Shown: piece after piece, positions 32,115-42,790 of the stretch
Layout: each line of letters starts with the position of its first letter
Numbering within the stretch: position 1 is the stretch's first letter
Assembly: GCA_037443035.1 (NCBI GenBank)
Contig: JBBIPC010000008.1
Coordinates: forward strand, 73,426 to 137,425
Source of the DNA: Chthonomonadales bacterium
Lineage (GTDB): Bacteria; Armatimonadota; Chthonomonadetes; Chthonomonadales; CAJBBX01
Length of the DNA: 64,000 bases
Reading direction: 5' to 3'
The notes under the pieces: generated by a model
What the model was told of the DNA's origin: nothing
The model's database searches: none
What the model saw: the letters and a program-made list of their open reading frames with translations, nothing else
Position numbers and translations under genes: made by a program

Positions 32115-33157
32115 GATGTCATACTCCGGATGGCCTTGGCTCCGCCGGGTAGGTGTTCCCTCGCATAGCGGACCATGGCACGGACATTCTCGTGGGGTGT
32201 GTCGCGCGGCACTTCGCAACCAGCGCCTACGATGTAACGGGGACCGGCCTCGAGATGGCAGCTCTGGATGGCGGCGAAGACGTCCTCCGGCTTCCGGTCG
32301 CGTAGTACGCGAACGGGATCTATGTTACCTAGCAGCACTTGATATTCCCCCATAGCGGCGCGGCCCTCAGCCATGGAAGATGGGTAGTCCAGATCTATAA
32401 TCTCCGCGCCCGTCATGCCCATACCCCGCAGGATCCGACGCGTGTTGCCACAAATGTGGAGACGGACGAGTGCCCCCATGGCGTGGACTGCTGCCACCAT
32501 GCGCTTCTCGTAGGGAAGCACGAACTCCTCGTAGATGCGTGGGCCGACCAGCGAAGCAGCAGCGTCGCCGATCCCGATGATGTCCGCACCCGCCTGAACC
32601 TGCTTCTCGGCGAAGGCTATCTCGAGCTCCAGCACATACTCGAACAGCTCCCGAACGAACGTCGGGTCATCGGAGAAGTCTGTCATGAGATTGCCAATAC
32701 CGCGCAGATCAGCGGCTTCTGCGCACGGCCCTTCGATCCAGCCCTCGAGGATCTTGTCCCGACCAACCATCGCCTTCAGCAGAGAGATGGCCTCCAAGCG
32801 GTCCGTCATGCGCGTTCCGCAGACAGTCCTTGGGTCCGGGAGCTGTAGGAGAAGGCTCTTGTCCGCGAGGAGGGGATTGGCCCCATCCATCGCTGGGGGC
32901 GTGTCCTCTTCGATGACAACCGAAGCTCCAAGGTCTCCTGCCTCGCGAGCCGGATCGGAGATCGCGCTCACGTAATCGAAGTCGAAGACTTCGGCCACCC
33001 GCGTTTGAGCCTCGGCAAGAACGCGATGGTCCAGCGCGTACCGGCGATAGGGGACATTGCTCAGACAGGATGCGAACTGCATGGTGATCGGCATGGCGGG
33101 CAAGCAGTCCACAGCTTCGCCTCGCACATGTCTCAGGACTCGCTCTCGACCTGTCAT
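32111..33157 (-). CDS. UroD-family methylcobamide methyltransferase (MtaA/CmuA-like)
   Basis: MTGRERV, GDAAAS, LHICG (H-x-C zinc motif), GNIDP, GAGCEV..TP.EN. Confidence 0.88.
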
Positions 33158-33288
33158 AGGCTTCCCCCAGTCGGCCAGAGTATATCCTACAAGCAGGAGA
33201 GGTAGGACATTCGTCAGAATACAGTGCGTGAAGTTAGGCAACGTGCCGTGGTAGAGATGTACTGGGGCACAGCCAATGGGGGTTCGAC

Positions 33289-34737
33289 ATGGAGAGGCTT
33301 TCGAGGCGGCGACTGCTCGAGGATTCGGTGCTGGCGCTCGGAACGATGAGCATCGCCACCATGGCGGAGACATCCGCCAGGAGTCAGGCCGGCCGGAAGG
33401 CGGGTCCGAATGATCGCATTCGGGTGGCAATCGTTGGCGTACACGGTCAGGGAAGGAGCCACGTGCGTGCTTATGCTGCGATGAACGACGTGGATATCGT
33501 GGCGATCTGCGACGCTGATACCGCGACCTTCGCGCCGGCGTTGGAGATCGTGCGGCAGGCGGGGAAGCGCGAACCCGAGACCGTTCAGGACGTGCGGCGG
33601 GTTCTGGACAGGAAGGACATTGACTGTGTCACCTCGGCTACGCCGAACCACTGGCATGCTCTGCTGGCCATTTGGGCCATGCAGTCGGGCAAGGACGTGT
33701 ACATGGAGAAACCCGCCTCCCACGAGGTCCTGGAGGGCCGACGCATGGTGGAGGCGGCGCGCAAGTACAATCGGATCTGCCAGATCGGCACGCAGAGCCG
33801 CTCCAACAAAGGCATGCGGGACGCCATTGCCTTCATCCAGAAGGGAGGCATCGGCAAGGTGTATCTCGCGCGTGGGCTCTGCTACAAACCACGGGGCAGT
33901 ATCGGCAAGGTCAGCGCTCCTACGCCGGTTCCGTCCACTGTGGATTACGATCTCTGGTCCGGCCCAGCGCCGATCAAGCCGGTCATGCGACGTCAATTCC
34001 ATTACGACTGGCACTGGCAATGGGACTACGGCAACGGCGATATCGGCAACCAGGGCGTCCACGAGATGGACAAGGCGCGCTGGGGGTTGGGGAAGCGGAC
34101 CTTCCCGAAGTCCGTACTAGGTCTGGGTGGTCGGTTCGGCTACGAGGACGATGGCGAAACGCCCAACACGGAGCTAGTTTTCCTGGAGTATGACGACGCA
34201 TGGCTCATCTTCGAGGTACGAGGACTGGAGACCAACGACCTGCGTGGCGCTCGGATCGGCAACATCTGGTACGGAACCAAGGGCATCGTGGTGTCCAACA
34301 GTTACAGCTCGGCCGTCGCATATGACCTCAGGGGCGAGAGGATCGCCAAGTTCGACGGCGGTGGCGATCATCATCGCAACTTCATCGAAGCAGTCCGGAG
34401 CCGCAAGCGCTCGGATCTCCACTGCGAAGTGGAGGAAGGGCACCTTTCTGCTGCTCTCTGCCATCTTGGCAACATCTCCTATCGTCTTGGCAGCGAGGAA
34501 CCCTTCAGCAACAAGACGAAGCGTTTCGGCGACGGAAACAACGAGATCTGGGAGACGTTCGGACGGTTCGAAGACCATTTGGCGGCAAATGGCATCAAGC
34601 TGCGAGACGGCGTCTACCGATTGGGACGTAGGCTCCGCATCGATCCGGTAGCGGAGCGTTTCATCGGCGATGAAGAGGCGAACCGAATGCTAACCCGCCA
34701 GTATCGTCCGCCGTTCGTGGTCCCGGACCGAGTATAG
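33289..34737 (+). CDS. Tat-exported Gfo/Idh/MocA family oxidoreductase
   Basis: SRRRLL Tat motif, ATPNHWH, GKDVYMEKP, QIGTQ.RS, YDLWSGP, HYDWHW, NQGVH.MD. Confidence 0.93.
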   Translation: MERLSRRRLLEDSVLALGTMSIATMAETSARSQAGRKAGPNDRIRVAIVGVHGQGRSHVRAYAAMNDVDIVAICDADTATFAPALEIVRQAGKREPETVQDVRRVLDRKDIDCVTSATPNHWHALLAIWAMQSGKDVYMEKPASHEVLEGRRMVEAARKYNRICQIGTQSRSNKGMRDAIAFIQKGGIGKVYLARGLCYKPRGSIGKVSAPTPVPSTVDYDLWSGPAPIKPVMRRQFHYDWHWQWDYGNGDIGNQGVHEMDKARWGLGKRTFPKSVLGLGGRFGYEDDGETPNTELVFLEYDDAWLIFEVRGLETNDLRGARIGNIWYGTKGIVVSNSYSSAVAYDLRGERIAKFDGGGDHHRNFIEAVRSRKRSDLHCEVEEGHLSAALCHLGNISYRLGSEEPFSNKTKRFGDGNNEIWETFGRFEDHLAANGIKLRDGVYRLGRRLRIDPVAERFIGDEEANRMLTRQYRPPFVVPDRV

Positions 34738-34876
34738 CCGGCACACTGTAACGCGGCGACCATGGTCGTGCCTAGCTTGCGTCTCCAACGCATTCGGTAA
34801 TAGAATATCGGCGTAATTGGAGGCACCTTTGCACCAGCGTTCGAACGAGGAGGCCGTTGAGAAGCGCGGTCACCTG

Positions 34877-35362
34877 ATGGGCATCGGGATTCGTTGGGCG
34901 GCAGTGGGCGTCCTGCTGGCACTCGTGGTCGCCGGACTGCACCTGCCGGATTGGAGTCCTGACGAGCCACCGGTGTTCGGCGACAGACCTCCGACTCGCG
35001 GTGACATCGCGTCCGTAGTCGGCATTGGTCCTGTGGATCCCGCTTCCGAGCGCGCCGTCAAGTTCGCAACGATGCTCACTCAGCGGTATCGTGACCAGAA
35101 CTACGCGGTGCGAGTCATTCTTCGGCCGGCCGGGGATATCGAGCTTAGGTGTGGTGCGAACATGGCCCGCCGACAGATGGCGCTCGTCGCGTCGCAAGTT
35201 CAGGGCGATGCCAGGGCCATCTTCGGCAGGACCTTCGACATGGACCTCTACGAGACCTATGCTGCGGGGCCGAAGCGGAAGATCGCGATCATGCGGATGG
35301 GCCCAAGGGGATCGCCTGTTCTCCGGTTCATCGTTCCGGAGAACCCTCCGACGGAACCCTGA
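34877..35362 (+). CDS. Hypothetical protein with an N-terminal TM or signal peptide
   Basis: Fills the gap in a plus-strand run; hydrophobic N-terminus; weak promoter-like TTGCGT-N18-TAGAAT at 34777-34806. Confidence 0.6.
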   Translation: MGIGIRWAAVGVLLALVVAGLHLPDWSPDEPPVFGDRPPTRGDIASVVGIGPVDPASERAVKFATMLTQRYRDQNYAVRVILRPAGDIELRCGANMARRQMALVASQVQGDARAIFGRTFDMDLYETYAAGPKRKIAIMRMGPRGSPVLRFIVPENPPTEP

Positions 35363-35482
35363 CCATGACAGTATCCAGCTGGATGTCCACCGTACGCTGG
35401 TAGGGAATGGGTGAGAGTATGTCGAAAGCTACGGGGACGCTTTCGGGCCTGGGCGATCTCATGCATCTTGGAGCCATGCTAG

Positions 35483-36652
35483 ATGACTCATCGTGAACGC
35501 TTTCGTCGCGTGATGCACTACCAGACGGTGGACCGGGGAATCCACTGGGACTTCGGGTACCTGACCGAGGCCATGGACCGTTGGGTTCAGGAAGGACTGC
35601 CGAAGGAGGTTGGGGGAGCGGATGTGCCGGGCGATCGCATGGGTAGGATCAGCGCCTATTTCGGCAAGGATCCGACCATGCACGTCCCCGTGCTGATCGG
35701 TCTCCATCCTGGTTTCCCGTACGAGGTCATCGAGGTTCGCGAACGAACTATCGTGCACCGGGACGGCGAAGGCAACATTGTCGAGGAGATCAAGGAGGGG
35801 GAGCACACGATCCCCCATGTGATCGAGAACGGACTGAAGAGCAGGAAGGACTGGGAGAAGTACAAGGCCATGCTGGATCCCAACGATCCGGCGCGCCATC
35901 AATGGGACTACAAGAGCCTGGCTCCACAGTTCAACAGTGCTGACGTTCCTGTTGTCGTCGGCATCGGCTCCTTCGTAGGCTGGATTCGGAACTGGGTGGG
36001 TGCCGCCAACCTGGCTTATCTCATCTACGACGAGCCGGACCTATTCTCTGAGATGGTGAATACGCTCTGTGACTTGTTCGTCGCAGTGCTGGAACCGGCA
36101 CTGAAGGAGATAGAGGTGGATCTGGCATGGGGCTGGGAGGACATCTGCTTCAACAACGGCCCCCTCATCGGTCCCAACCTATGGCGCAACTACGTGTCCG
36201 AACCCATGACGCGTGTGTGCAAGCTCCTACGCCGGCACGGGGTGGACATCATCTTGACCGACTGTGACGGGAATGTGCAGGCTCTGGCGCCGGTCTGGCT
36301 GGAATGCGGTCTGAACGGCATGTTCCCGTGCGAGGTGGCCGGTGGCTCGGACCCAGTACTGCTCCGGAAGCAACTTGGCAAGGATGCGGTTCTGTTCGGT
36401 GGCGTCAATAAGCGCATGCTCACCAGCAAAGAGGATATCCTCGCCGAGCTGCGCCGCCTGACGCCCCTCGTCGAGGAGGGAGGGTACATACCGTTCGTGG
36501 ATCATCGGATCCCCGGCTACGTCTCCTACGAGAATCATCGTTACTATGAGCGTGAGAAGTTAGCCATGCTGGGGTTCAGCAAGGAGGAAGTGGAAGCCAT
36601 CGAACCCCTGCGTGGCATGCCAGAACCGACTCTGAAGTCGGTCTATGGTTAG
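35483..36652 (+). CDS. UroD-family protein (DCDG variant)
   Basis: MTHRERF, WEDICFNNGPLI, TDCDGN, PCEVAGG.DP..LR, GGVNKR, GGYIP..DH. Confidence 0.85.
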   Translation: MTHRERFRRVMHYQTVDRGIHWDFGYLTEAMDRWVQEGLPKEVGGADVPGDRMGRISAYFGKDPTMHVPVLIGLHPGFPYEVIEVRERTIVHRDGEGNIVEEIKEGEHTIPHVIENGLKSRKDWEKYKAMLDPNDPARHQWDYKSLAPQFNSADVPVVVGIGSFVGWIRNWVGAANLAYLIYDEPDLFSEMVNTLCDLFVAVLEPALKEIEVDLAWGWEDICFNNGPLIGPNLWRNYVSEPMTRVCKLLRRHGVDIILTDCDGNVQALAPVWLECGLNGMFPCEVAGGSDPVLLRKQLGKDAVLFGGVNKRMLTSKEDILAELRRLTPLVEEGGYIPFVDHRIPGYVSYENHRYYEREKLAMLGFSKEEVEAIEPLRGMPEPTLKSVYG

Positions 36653-36691
36653 GATGTCATATTAGTGCTGTATCGAGGAGGTGCATCAGGC

Positions 36692-38140
36692 ATGGACGAC
36701 AGTACACGGATGACGCGGCGAGAGGTGCTGGGGGTAGCCGCCGGCGCGGTAGGTGTGCTCGGTCTGCCAGCCTCTGCTTGGGGGCGCATCCTGGGCGCGA
36801 ACGAGGACATTCGCGTGGCGGTTGTAGGTTTCCGCGGTCGTGGCGGCAGCCACATTGGCGCGTTCAGCAACATGCAGGGCGTCCGGGTTGTGGCTCTCTG
36901 CGACTGCGACGAGACTGTACTGAACCGTGGGGTGAAGGCGCTGCAAGATAAGGGCGTGTCTGTGGACGGCTACACGGACGTTCGCAAGGTGCTGGAGCGC
37001 AAGGACGTAGACGTCATCGCCACAGCTACGCCAAACCATTGGCACTCGCTGATCACCGTCTGGGCGTGCCAGGCGGGCAAGGATGTGTACGTCGAGAAGC
37101 CTGTGTCTCACAACGTGTGGGAAGGGCGGCAAGCCGTGTTGGCGGCGCGCAAGTACCGGCGCATCGTGCAGGCTGGGACGCAAGGACGATCGAGCGGGGC
37201 ATGGCGGGAGGCATGGGCCTGGCTGGCAGAAGGCCATATCGGCAAGATCCAGATCGCTCGGGGGCTCTGCTACAAGCGGCGCGACAGTATCGGCAAAGTG
37301 GATGGACCTCAGCCGATACCGGAAGGAGTGGATTATGACTTGTGGTGCGGTCCCGCGGAAAAGCTGCCTCTCATGCGGAAGAACCTGCACTACGATTGGC
37401 ACTGGGTTTGGAACACGGGCAATGGAGACCTAGGCAACCAGGGCATCCACCAGATGGATATCGCTCGCTGGTCACTGGGCAAGATGGAGCTCGCGCATCG
37501 GGTGATCAGTATCGGCGGTCGCCTCGGCTATGTGGATGACGGAGAGACTGCCAACACACAACTGGTGGTTCTGGACTGGCCGGACGCGCGCATCATCTTC
37601 GAAGTACGCGGCCTGCCCGAGCGATCGGGCTCCAACGCCATGGATAGGTATCGCGGCGAGGGTGTCGGCAACGTCATCGAGTGCGAAGGGGGACACATAG
37701 CCGGTAACCGAGCCTACGACAAAGACGGCAAACTCATGAAGGAGTTCACCGGTCAGGGGTTCCGAGGGGGAGATCATTTCGCGAACTTCATCGAGGCGGT
37801 CCGCAGCCGCAAAGTGGAGGATCTGAACGCCGATATCCTCGAAGGACATCTTTCCAGCGCTCTCTGCCACCTGGGCAACATCTCCTACCGGCTGGGCCGG
37901 CAGGCCGATCCCGAGGAAGTACGTGCGGCCGTCGCAACTGACGCAGCCGCCGCGGAGACGCTGTCGCGCATGGAGGAGCACCTCGCGCGCAATGGTGTGG
38001 ACCTCGGGAGAAGCCGCCTGACGGTCGGAATTCCCTTGCGTGTGGATCCAAAGCGAGAACGTTTCGTCGGCAACCGGCAGGCCGATGCGCTCTTGACCCG
38101 TCGGTACCGACCAGGCTTCGAGGTGCCCGCGCGGGTGTAG
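36692..38140 (+). CDS. Tat-exported Gfo/Idh/MocA family oxidoreductase (paralogue of 33289)
   Basis: TRREVL Tat motif, ATPNHWH, GKDVYVEKP, ARGLCYK, HYDWHW; RBS AGGAGG. Confidence 0.93.
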   Translation: MDDSTRMTRREVLGVAAGAVGVLGLPASAWGRILGANEDIRVAVVGFRGRGGSHIGAFSNMQGVRVVALCDCDETVLNRGVKALQDKGVSVDGYTDVRKVLERKDVDVIATATPNHWHSLITVWACQAGKDVYVEKPVSHNVWEGRQAVLAARKYRRIVQAGTQGRSSGAWREAWAWLAEGHIGKIQIARGLCYKRRDSIGKVDGPQPIPEGVDYDLWCGPAEKLPLMRKNLHYDWHWVWNTGNGDLGNQGIHQMDIARWSLGKMELAHRVISIGGRLGYVDDGETANTQLVVLDWPDARIIFEVRGLPERSGSNAMDRYRGEGVGNVIECEGGHIAGNRAYDKDGKLMKEFTGQGFRGGDHFANFIEAVRSRKVEDLNADILEGHLSSALCHLGNISYRLGRQADPEEVRAAVATDAAAAETLSRMEEHLARNGVDLGRSRLTVGIPLRVDPKRERFVGNRQADALLTRRYRPGFEVPARV

Positions 38141-38875
38141 ATGATGCTCCTGCCGATCATCGTGGCGCTGATCGCCAGTCAGACGCCTCGTCCTGCATCC
38201 TGGCAGAACCTGTTCGACGGCAGGTCATTCCACGGCTGGACCAATACTGAGGGAAGCCCAGTAGGCAAGGGATGGATCATCGAGGATGGTTGCATCAGGC
38301 GCGTGTCGACAGGTGCCATGGACATCATCACGACGCGTGTCTTCCGTGATTTCGAGCTAGAGCTGGAATGGAAGCTCCGTCCTGGAAGCAACAGCGGCAT
38401 CAAGTACCGATTGCACCGAATGCCGGACGGCAAGTGGCTCGGGCCGGAGTATCAGATCATGGACGATCGCGTCCCACCGGAACCTGTCCACAAAGGGAGC
38501 TGCGGCGCACTTTACTCCATCAAGGAGCCGCGCGCCGACGTGCGGCAGAGACCTCCCGGAGAGTGGAACCGGACGCGGATCGTGGCTCGGGGCGGTCACA
38601 TCGAGCATTGGCTCAACGGTCGGAAGCTCCTAGAGATGGACCAGGATACGCCGGAGTGGACTGAACGCCTCGACAAGAGTAAGTTCGCTGCTTACGATGG
38701 CTACCGCGTGTGGTTTGCCCGTACACCAGGCCCCATCCTCCTGCAGGACCACGGCGGGAGCGTCTGGTTTCGCCGCATACGCATTCGTGAACTGGCGCCG
38801 CCAGAAGCCGGTCCGGTGACGTCGGTGCCCTCGAGACCCGGACCACGTACCGAAACCCCAAGTGGAGGACGGTGA
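38141..38875 (+). CDS. DUF1080 (3-keto-disaccharide hydrolase/hydratase family) secreted protein
   Basis: W.NLFDG...GW, DFELELEWK, NSGIKY, EYQIMD, GEWN..RI, HWLNG, LQDHG. Confidence 0.92.
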   Translation: MMLLPIIVALIASQTPRPASWQNLFDGRSFHGWTNTEGSPVGKGWIIEDGCIRRVSTGAMDIITTRVFRDFELELEWKLRPGSNSGIKYRLHRMPDGKWLGPEYQIMDDRVPPEPVHKGSCGALYSIKEPRADVRQRPPGEWNRTRIVARGGHIEHWLNGRKLLEMDQDTPEWTERLDKSKFAAYDGYRVWFARTPGPILLQDHGGSVWFRRIRIRELAPPEAGPVTSVPSRPGPRTETPSGGR

Positions 38876-39872
38876 AATGTCTTGGGATGCTGCAGTAGAA
38901 GACCTCTTCCGAGCAGTTCTTGGGGCGCTCTGCCTGACGTTGGCAGGGATGGCCTCGAGCGCGCCTGTGATGAAGGCCCAAGTGGCCGCGGACGGGCAGG
39001 TGGACATCCAGGAGAATGGCAAGCCGGTCTTGCGCTACAACTACCGGACCGTCGAGCCAGGGGAACGCCTGAAGGAAATCGCGCAGGCGAATCTTATCTA
39101 CGCACGTGCACGCAGTGACTACATTCATCCGCTCTACGGCTTCCATGGTGAGGAGCTGACGAAGGACCTACCGGTGGACCATCCCCATCACAGGGGTATC
39201 TACTGGGCGTGGCCGGAGACCAAGTACGGTGAGGAAATGGGCGATCTCCACGCTCTGCAGCGCGTCTTCGCTCGTCCGACGGGCCGAATCCGCGTTCGGA
39301 GCGGGGCCGACTACGCCGAGATCGTGGCCGAGAACCAGTGGATGTGGGATGACAAGGAACCCATTGTGCACGAGACCGCAACGATCCGTGCATATCGTTC
39401 CGGTAGGGCAGGCCGCTTCGTTGACCTGGTCTTCCGGATCAAAGCACTGAAGCCTGGCGTCAGTCTTGCCCGACGCGGCACGAATGCGTATGGTGGGCTG
39501 AACATGCGGATGAACGCAGTCCAGAACCAGGAGATTGTCTTCCACACGGACCCACCGCAGTCAGCGTCGCGTCGAGCATGGGCCTACCTTGCCGGCACGT
39601 TCGCAGGCGGGAGTGAACCGACGGCGGTGGTCGTCATGCAGCATCCCGGAAACCCCGACTACCCGGGAGACTGGGTGAAGTTTCCTGAGCTGAACTGGTA
39701 CCAGCCCACGTTCCCGGCCGCCAACACACGCTACTCGCTCGAGCCGGGCAAGCCGCTGGTACTCCGTTACCGTCTCTGGATCCGTCCAGGTGGTGCGCCC
39801 GCCGAGTCCGCATGCAACGCCGCATGGGAGGATTTCGCCAGCAACCGTGCGCCCAGGGCTGTCGTGCCCTGA
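38862..39872 (+). CDS. PmoA-like / DUF6807-type secreted beta-sandwich protein
   Basis: YIHPLY, P.DHPHHRGIYWAW, YGGL..R, L..G..LVLRYRL; start uncertain. Confidence 0.75.
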   Translation: MEDGEMSWDAAVEDLFRAVLGALCLTLAGMASSAPVMKAQVAADGQVDIQENGKPVLRYNYRTVEPGERLKEIAQANLIYARARSDYIHPLYGFHGEELTKDLPVDHPHHRGIYWAWPETKYGEEMGDLHALQRVFARPTGRIRVRSGADYAEIVAENQWMWDDKEPIVHETATIRAYRSGRAGRFVDLVFRIKALKPGVSLARRGTNAYGGLNMRMNAVQNQEIVFHTDPPQSASRRAWAYLAGTFAGGSEPTAVVVMQHPGNPDYPGDWVKFPELNWYQPTFPAANTRYSLEPGKPLVLRYRLWIRPGGAPAESACNAAWEDFASNRAPRAVVP

Positions 39873-39905
39873 GGCCGACTGGTGCCGGAAGAGGAGGTTC
39901 GCGCA

Positions 39906-41270
39906 ATGACCAACACAGCGTCTGAGACCGAGAAAGATCAACCGAGCCGCCGGCAGTTCCTCGCTACCGCAGCGGCAACCGCTGTCGCCCTGCCTACCGT
40001 TGTGCCCGCTTCGGCACTTGGAAAGGATGGCACGGTAGCACCATCCGAACGCATCAGCCTGGGCGCCATCGGCGTCAACGGCATGGGGCAGGCGAACTTG
40101 GCCAACTGCGCCGCGTACCCCGATGTCGTTGTCACCGCTGTATGTGACGTCGCGAAGAGCCGCAGAGACGCCGTCGTGGAGAGGTACAAGAGCACCGCCA
40201 AAGGCTACAACGACTATCGGGAGGTGCTGGCCAGGCCCGATGTGGATGCCGTGATCATCGCCACACCGCCGCACTGGCATGCGCTCATGGCCATCGAGGC
40301 ATGTCGAGCAGGCAAGGACATCTACGTCCAGAAGCCCATGACGCTCTATCCCGACGAGACCCTCGCCGTCCGGAACGCGGTCAACAAGCACAAGAGGGTG
40401 AGTCAGGTCGGGACACAGGTGCACGCGTCCGAGAATTACCGCCGCGTGGTGGAGTGGATAAGGTCAGGTAAGCTGGGTCGCATCAGCGTGGTACGGACGT
40501 TCAATGTCATGAATCAGGGGCCGGACGGAATCGGCTATGCCCCGAAGGAGGATCCACCGCCTGGAGTGGACTGGGAGATGTGGTGCGGACCTGCTCCACT
40601 CTGTCCCTTCAACCGGCTGCTGTTCGCCGACGCATACTACCATTGTTCCTTCTTCGCGTACAGTGGTGGCTGGACCCCGGGGATGGCGCCTCATATCATC
40701 GACCTGCCTGTGTGGGCGCTGGATCTGGGCGTTCCCCTGGTGACCTCGTGCACAGGTGGACGCTATGTCATCAAGGGCGACGGGGATGCTCCGGACACGC
40801 AGGAGGTGACGTGGTGGTACCCCGGTCTGACCATGACCTGGAGCATGTCCTGCTGCAACAGCTTCGCTTTCGACTTCGGAAGAGGGACGCCGGCGCGTCG
40901 GTTGGGAATCTACTTCCATGGGCTGCGCGGCACGCTCATCGCTGATTACGGCCGGTGCGAAGTGGTGCCCGAAGGAGATCTGCTGACGGATAGCGCAGCG
41001 CCTCCGAAGAGCATTCCGCCGTCACCTGGGCACGAGAGGGAGTGGCTGGACTGCATCAAGACCCGCCAGGAACCGAGCTGCAGCGTGAACTACCACTGGA
41101 AAGTGGATCTGCCCCTGACCCTGGCGAACGTAGCATACCGCCTTGGCCGAAATGTGAGATTCGATCCGAAGACAGAACGCATCGTGGGGGATGCGGAAGC
41201 CGTGAAGCTGGCGCGTCCGGCCTACCGCTCGCCATGGAAGTTCCCCGTCGAATACCTTAGGAAGGCGTGA
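39906..41270 (+). CDS. Tat-exported Gfo/Idh/MocA family oxidoreductase
   Basis: SRRQFL Tat motif, ATPPHWH, GKDIYVQKP, QVGTQ, DWEMWCGPAP; RBS GAGGAGG. Confidence 0.93.
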   Translation: MTNTASETEKDQPSRRQFLATAAATAVALPTVVPASALGKDGTVAPSERISLGAIGVNGMGQANLANCAAYPDVVVTAVCDVAKSRRDAVVERYKSTAKGYNDYREVLARPDVDAVIIATPPHWHALMAIEACRAGKDIYVQKPMTLYPDETLAVRNAVNKHKRVSQVGTQVHASENYRRVVEWIRSGKLGRISVVRTFNVMNQGPDGIGYAPKEDPPPGVDWEMWCGPAPLCPFNRLLFADAYYHCSFFAYSGGWTPGMAPHIIDLPVWALDLGVPLVTSCTGGRYVIKGDGDAPDTQEVTWWYPGLTMTWSMSCCNSFAFDFGRGTPARRLGIYFHGLRGTLIADYGRCEVVPEGDLLTDSAAPPKSIPPSPGHEREWLDCIKTRQEPSCSVNYHWKVDLPLTLANVAYRLGRNVRFDPKTERIVGDAEAVKLARPAYRSPWKFPVEYLRKA

Positions 41271-41293
41271 TCGTCGAGGCCGGTCGCCGTACC

Positions 41294-42049
41294 TTAGTGG
41301 CCGGCCTCGCTCTCGCCCGCGACCTCCATCTCGCCGACCTTGATGGCAATGTCGGCACGTTCTTCGATCTTGGCGATCTGACCGTCCCGTATCCAAACAA
41401 TCCGATCTGAAACGTCGAGCATCTTGAGGTCGTGAGTGGCCGAGATAATAGTCACGCCCTGCTCACGGTTCAGGCGTTTCAGCAGTTCGATGATCTCTTT
41501 TCCGGTGTTCAGGTCGAGGTTGCCAGTGGGCTCGTCTGCGAGGATGATGGAGGGGTTATTGGCCAGCGCGCGAGCTATGGCGACACGCTGCTGCTGGCCA
41601 CCAGATAGCTCGGATGGCTTGTGATGCAGGCGCTCCCCGAGTCCGACCAGGTTGAGCAGCTCGATGCCGCGCTCGATCCCCTCGTCTGTGCTCATGCCTG
41701 CGAAAACGGTGGGAAGCGTCACGTTCTCGAGGGCCGTCATGACCGGGATGAGGTTGAACGTCTGGAAGATGTAACCGATGGTGTGGCACCGGAGGTAGGC
41801 GAGCTCTTGCGCATCGAGCTGGGCCATGTCCACGTCGTTGATGAAGACGCTGCCTGACGTCGGCTTGTCGAGACCGCCGATGGCGTTGAAGAGGGTGGAC
41901 TTGCCCGACCCGGAGGGACCCATGATGGAAATGTACTCGCCGCGGTACACGTCCAGGTTGATGCCGTTGAGCGCTTTGAGTACCTGGTCGCCCATGGTGT
42001 ACTCTTTGACGAGGTCCTTCGTGCGTACGACGTATTCGTTAGCGGCCAT
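41294..42049 (-). CDS. MacB/LolD-type ABC ATP-binding protein
   Basis: [48 protein letters not shown]. Confidence 0.96.
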   Translation of the reverse strand: MAANEYVVRTKDLVKEYTMGDQVLKALNGINLDVYRGEYISIMGPSGSGKSTLFNAIGGLDKPTSGSVFINDVDMAQLDAQELAYLRCHTIGYIFQTFNLIPVMTALENVTLPTVFAGMSTDEGIERGIELLNLVGLGERLHHKPSELSGGQQQRVAIARALANNPSIILADEPTGNLDLNTGKEIIELLKRLNREQGVTIISATHDLKMLDVSDRIVWIRDGQIAKIEERADIAIKVGEMEVAGESEAGH

Positions 42050-42064
42050 TTCGTCGAGCCCTTT

Positions 42065-42790
42065 CTAGATCTCTACACGGAGCGCTGCAGCAGGCGGCAT
42101 CTCCGCCGCTTTGATAGCGGGAAGGATGGTGGCGACAAACGTCAATACGGTGCCAAGGGATACCGACAGGATAAGGAGCTGCAGACTGGCCAGCCAGAAA
42201 GCCCCCCCGAACACCTCGATACCGTCGGTAACTAGACGCACGAGGGAGATGACCGCCCATCCTACGACGAAGCCCATGACAGACGCTATGAGCCCAAGGA
42301 AACATGCCTCGATGAAGAACAACTTCACGATGAGACTGTCGAGCGCACCTAGACACTTCATCGTGCCGATCTCCTTATAGCGCTCGGTGACTGACATGAG
42401 CATAGCGTTCGTGATGCCCACCGTGCAGACGATGAGTGCCATGATGGAGAGCCACTTCAGCCGCATTTCCGAGCTGCGCCGGTCTGCTTCATCGGCTTCG
42501 AGCGAGTTCACTTGGCGAACGTCCTCGGCCGACGGCTTCAGGGTACCTGCCGCGATGGCTTCCTTCTTCTGTAGAATGATGCCTCGCTGAATGCGCGTGA
42601 ACTCGCCCGACATACGGACCGACGTGAAAAAGGCAATGCCAAGGAGAATGCCGGCTGCCGTAATCAGGGAGCGCCAGAAGCGTATCTTGATGCTCTTGAA
42701 CGCGATCTCCACAGCCTTGGCGAACGGCAACTGTATCTGCCGCTTCACCTCTGCCCCCGAGGCTCCTTGTCTCGAGTCACGGACGCTCAT
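42065..42790 (-). CDS. Small FtsX-like (type VII ABC) permease
   Basis: RSLITAAGILLGIAF TM1, GITNAMLMSVTERYKEIGTMKCLGA, PA.KAA.MPP..ALR. Confidence 0.9.
   Translation of the reverse strand: MSVRDSRQGASGAEVKRQIQLPFAKAVEIAFKSIKIRFWRSLITAAGILLGIAFFTSVRMSGEFTRIQRGIILQKKEAIAAGTLKPSAEDVRQVNSLEADEADRRSSEMRLKWLSIMALIVCTVGITNAMLMSVTERYKEIGTMKCLGALDSLIVKLFFIEACFLGLIASVMGFVVGWAVISLVRLVTDGIEVFGGAFWLASLQLLILSVSLGTVLTFVATILPAIKAAEMPPAAALRVEI

Noticed and set aside
38862..39872. Methane monooxygenase interpretation of the PmoA-like gene
   Set aside because: The protein is soluble and secreted rather than polytopic, there are no pmoB/pmoC genes, and the context is carbohydrate catabolism
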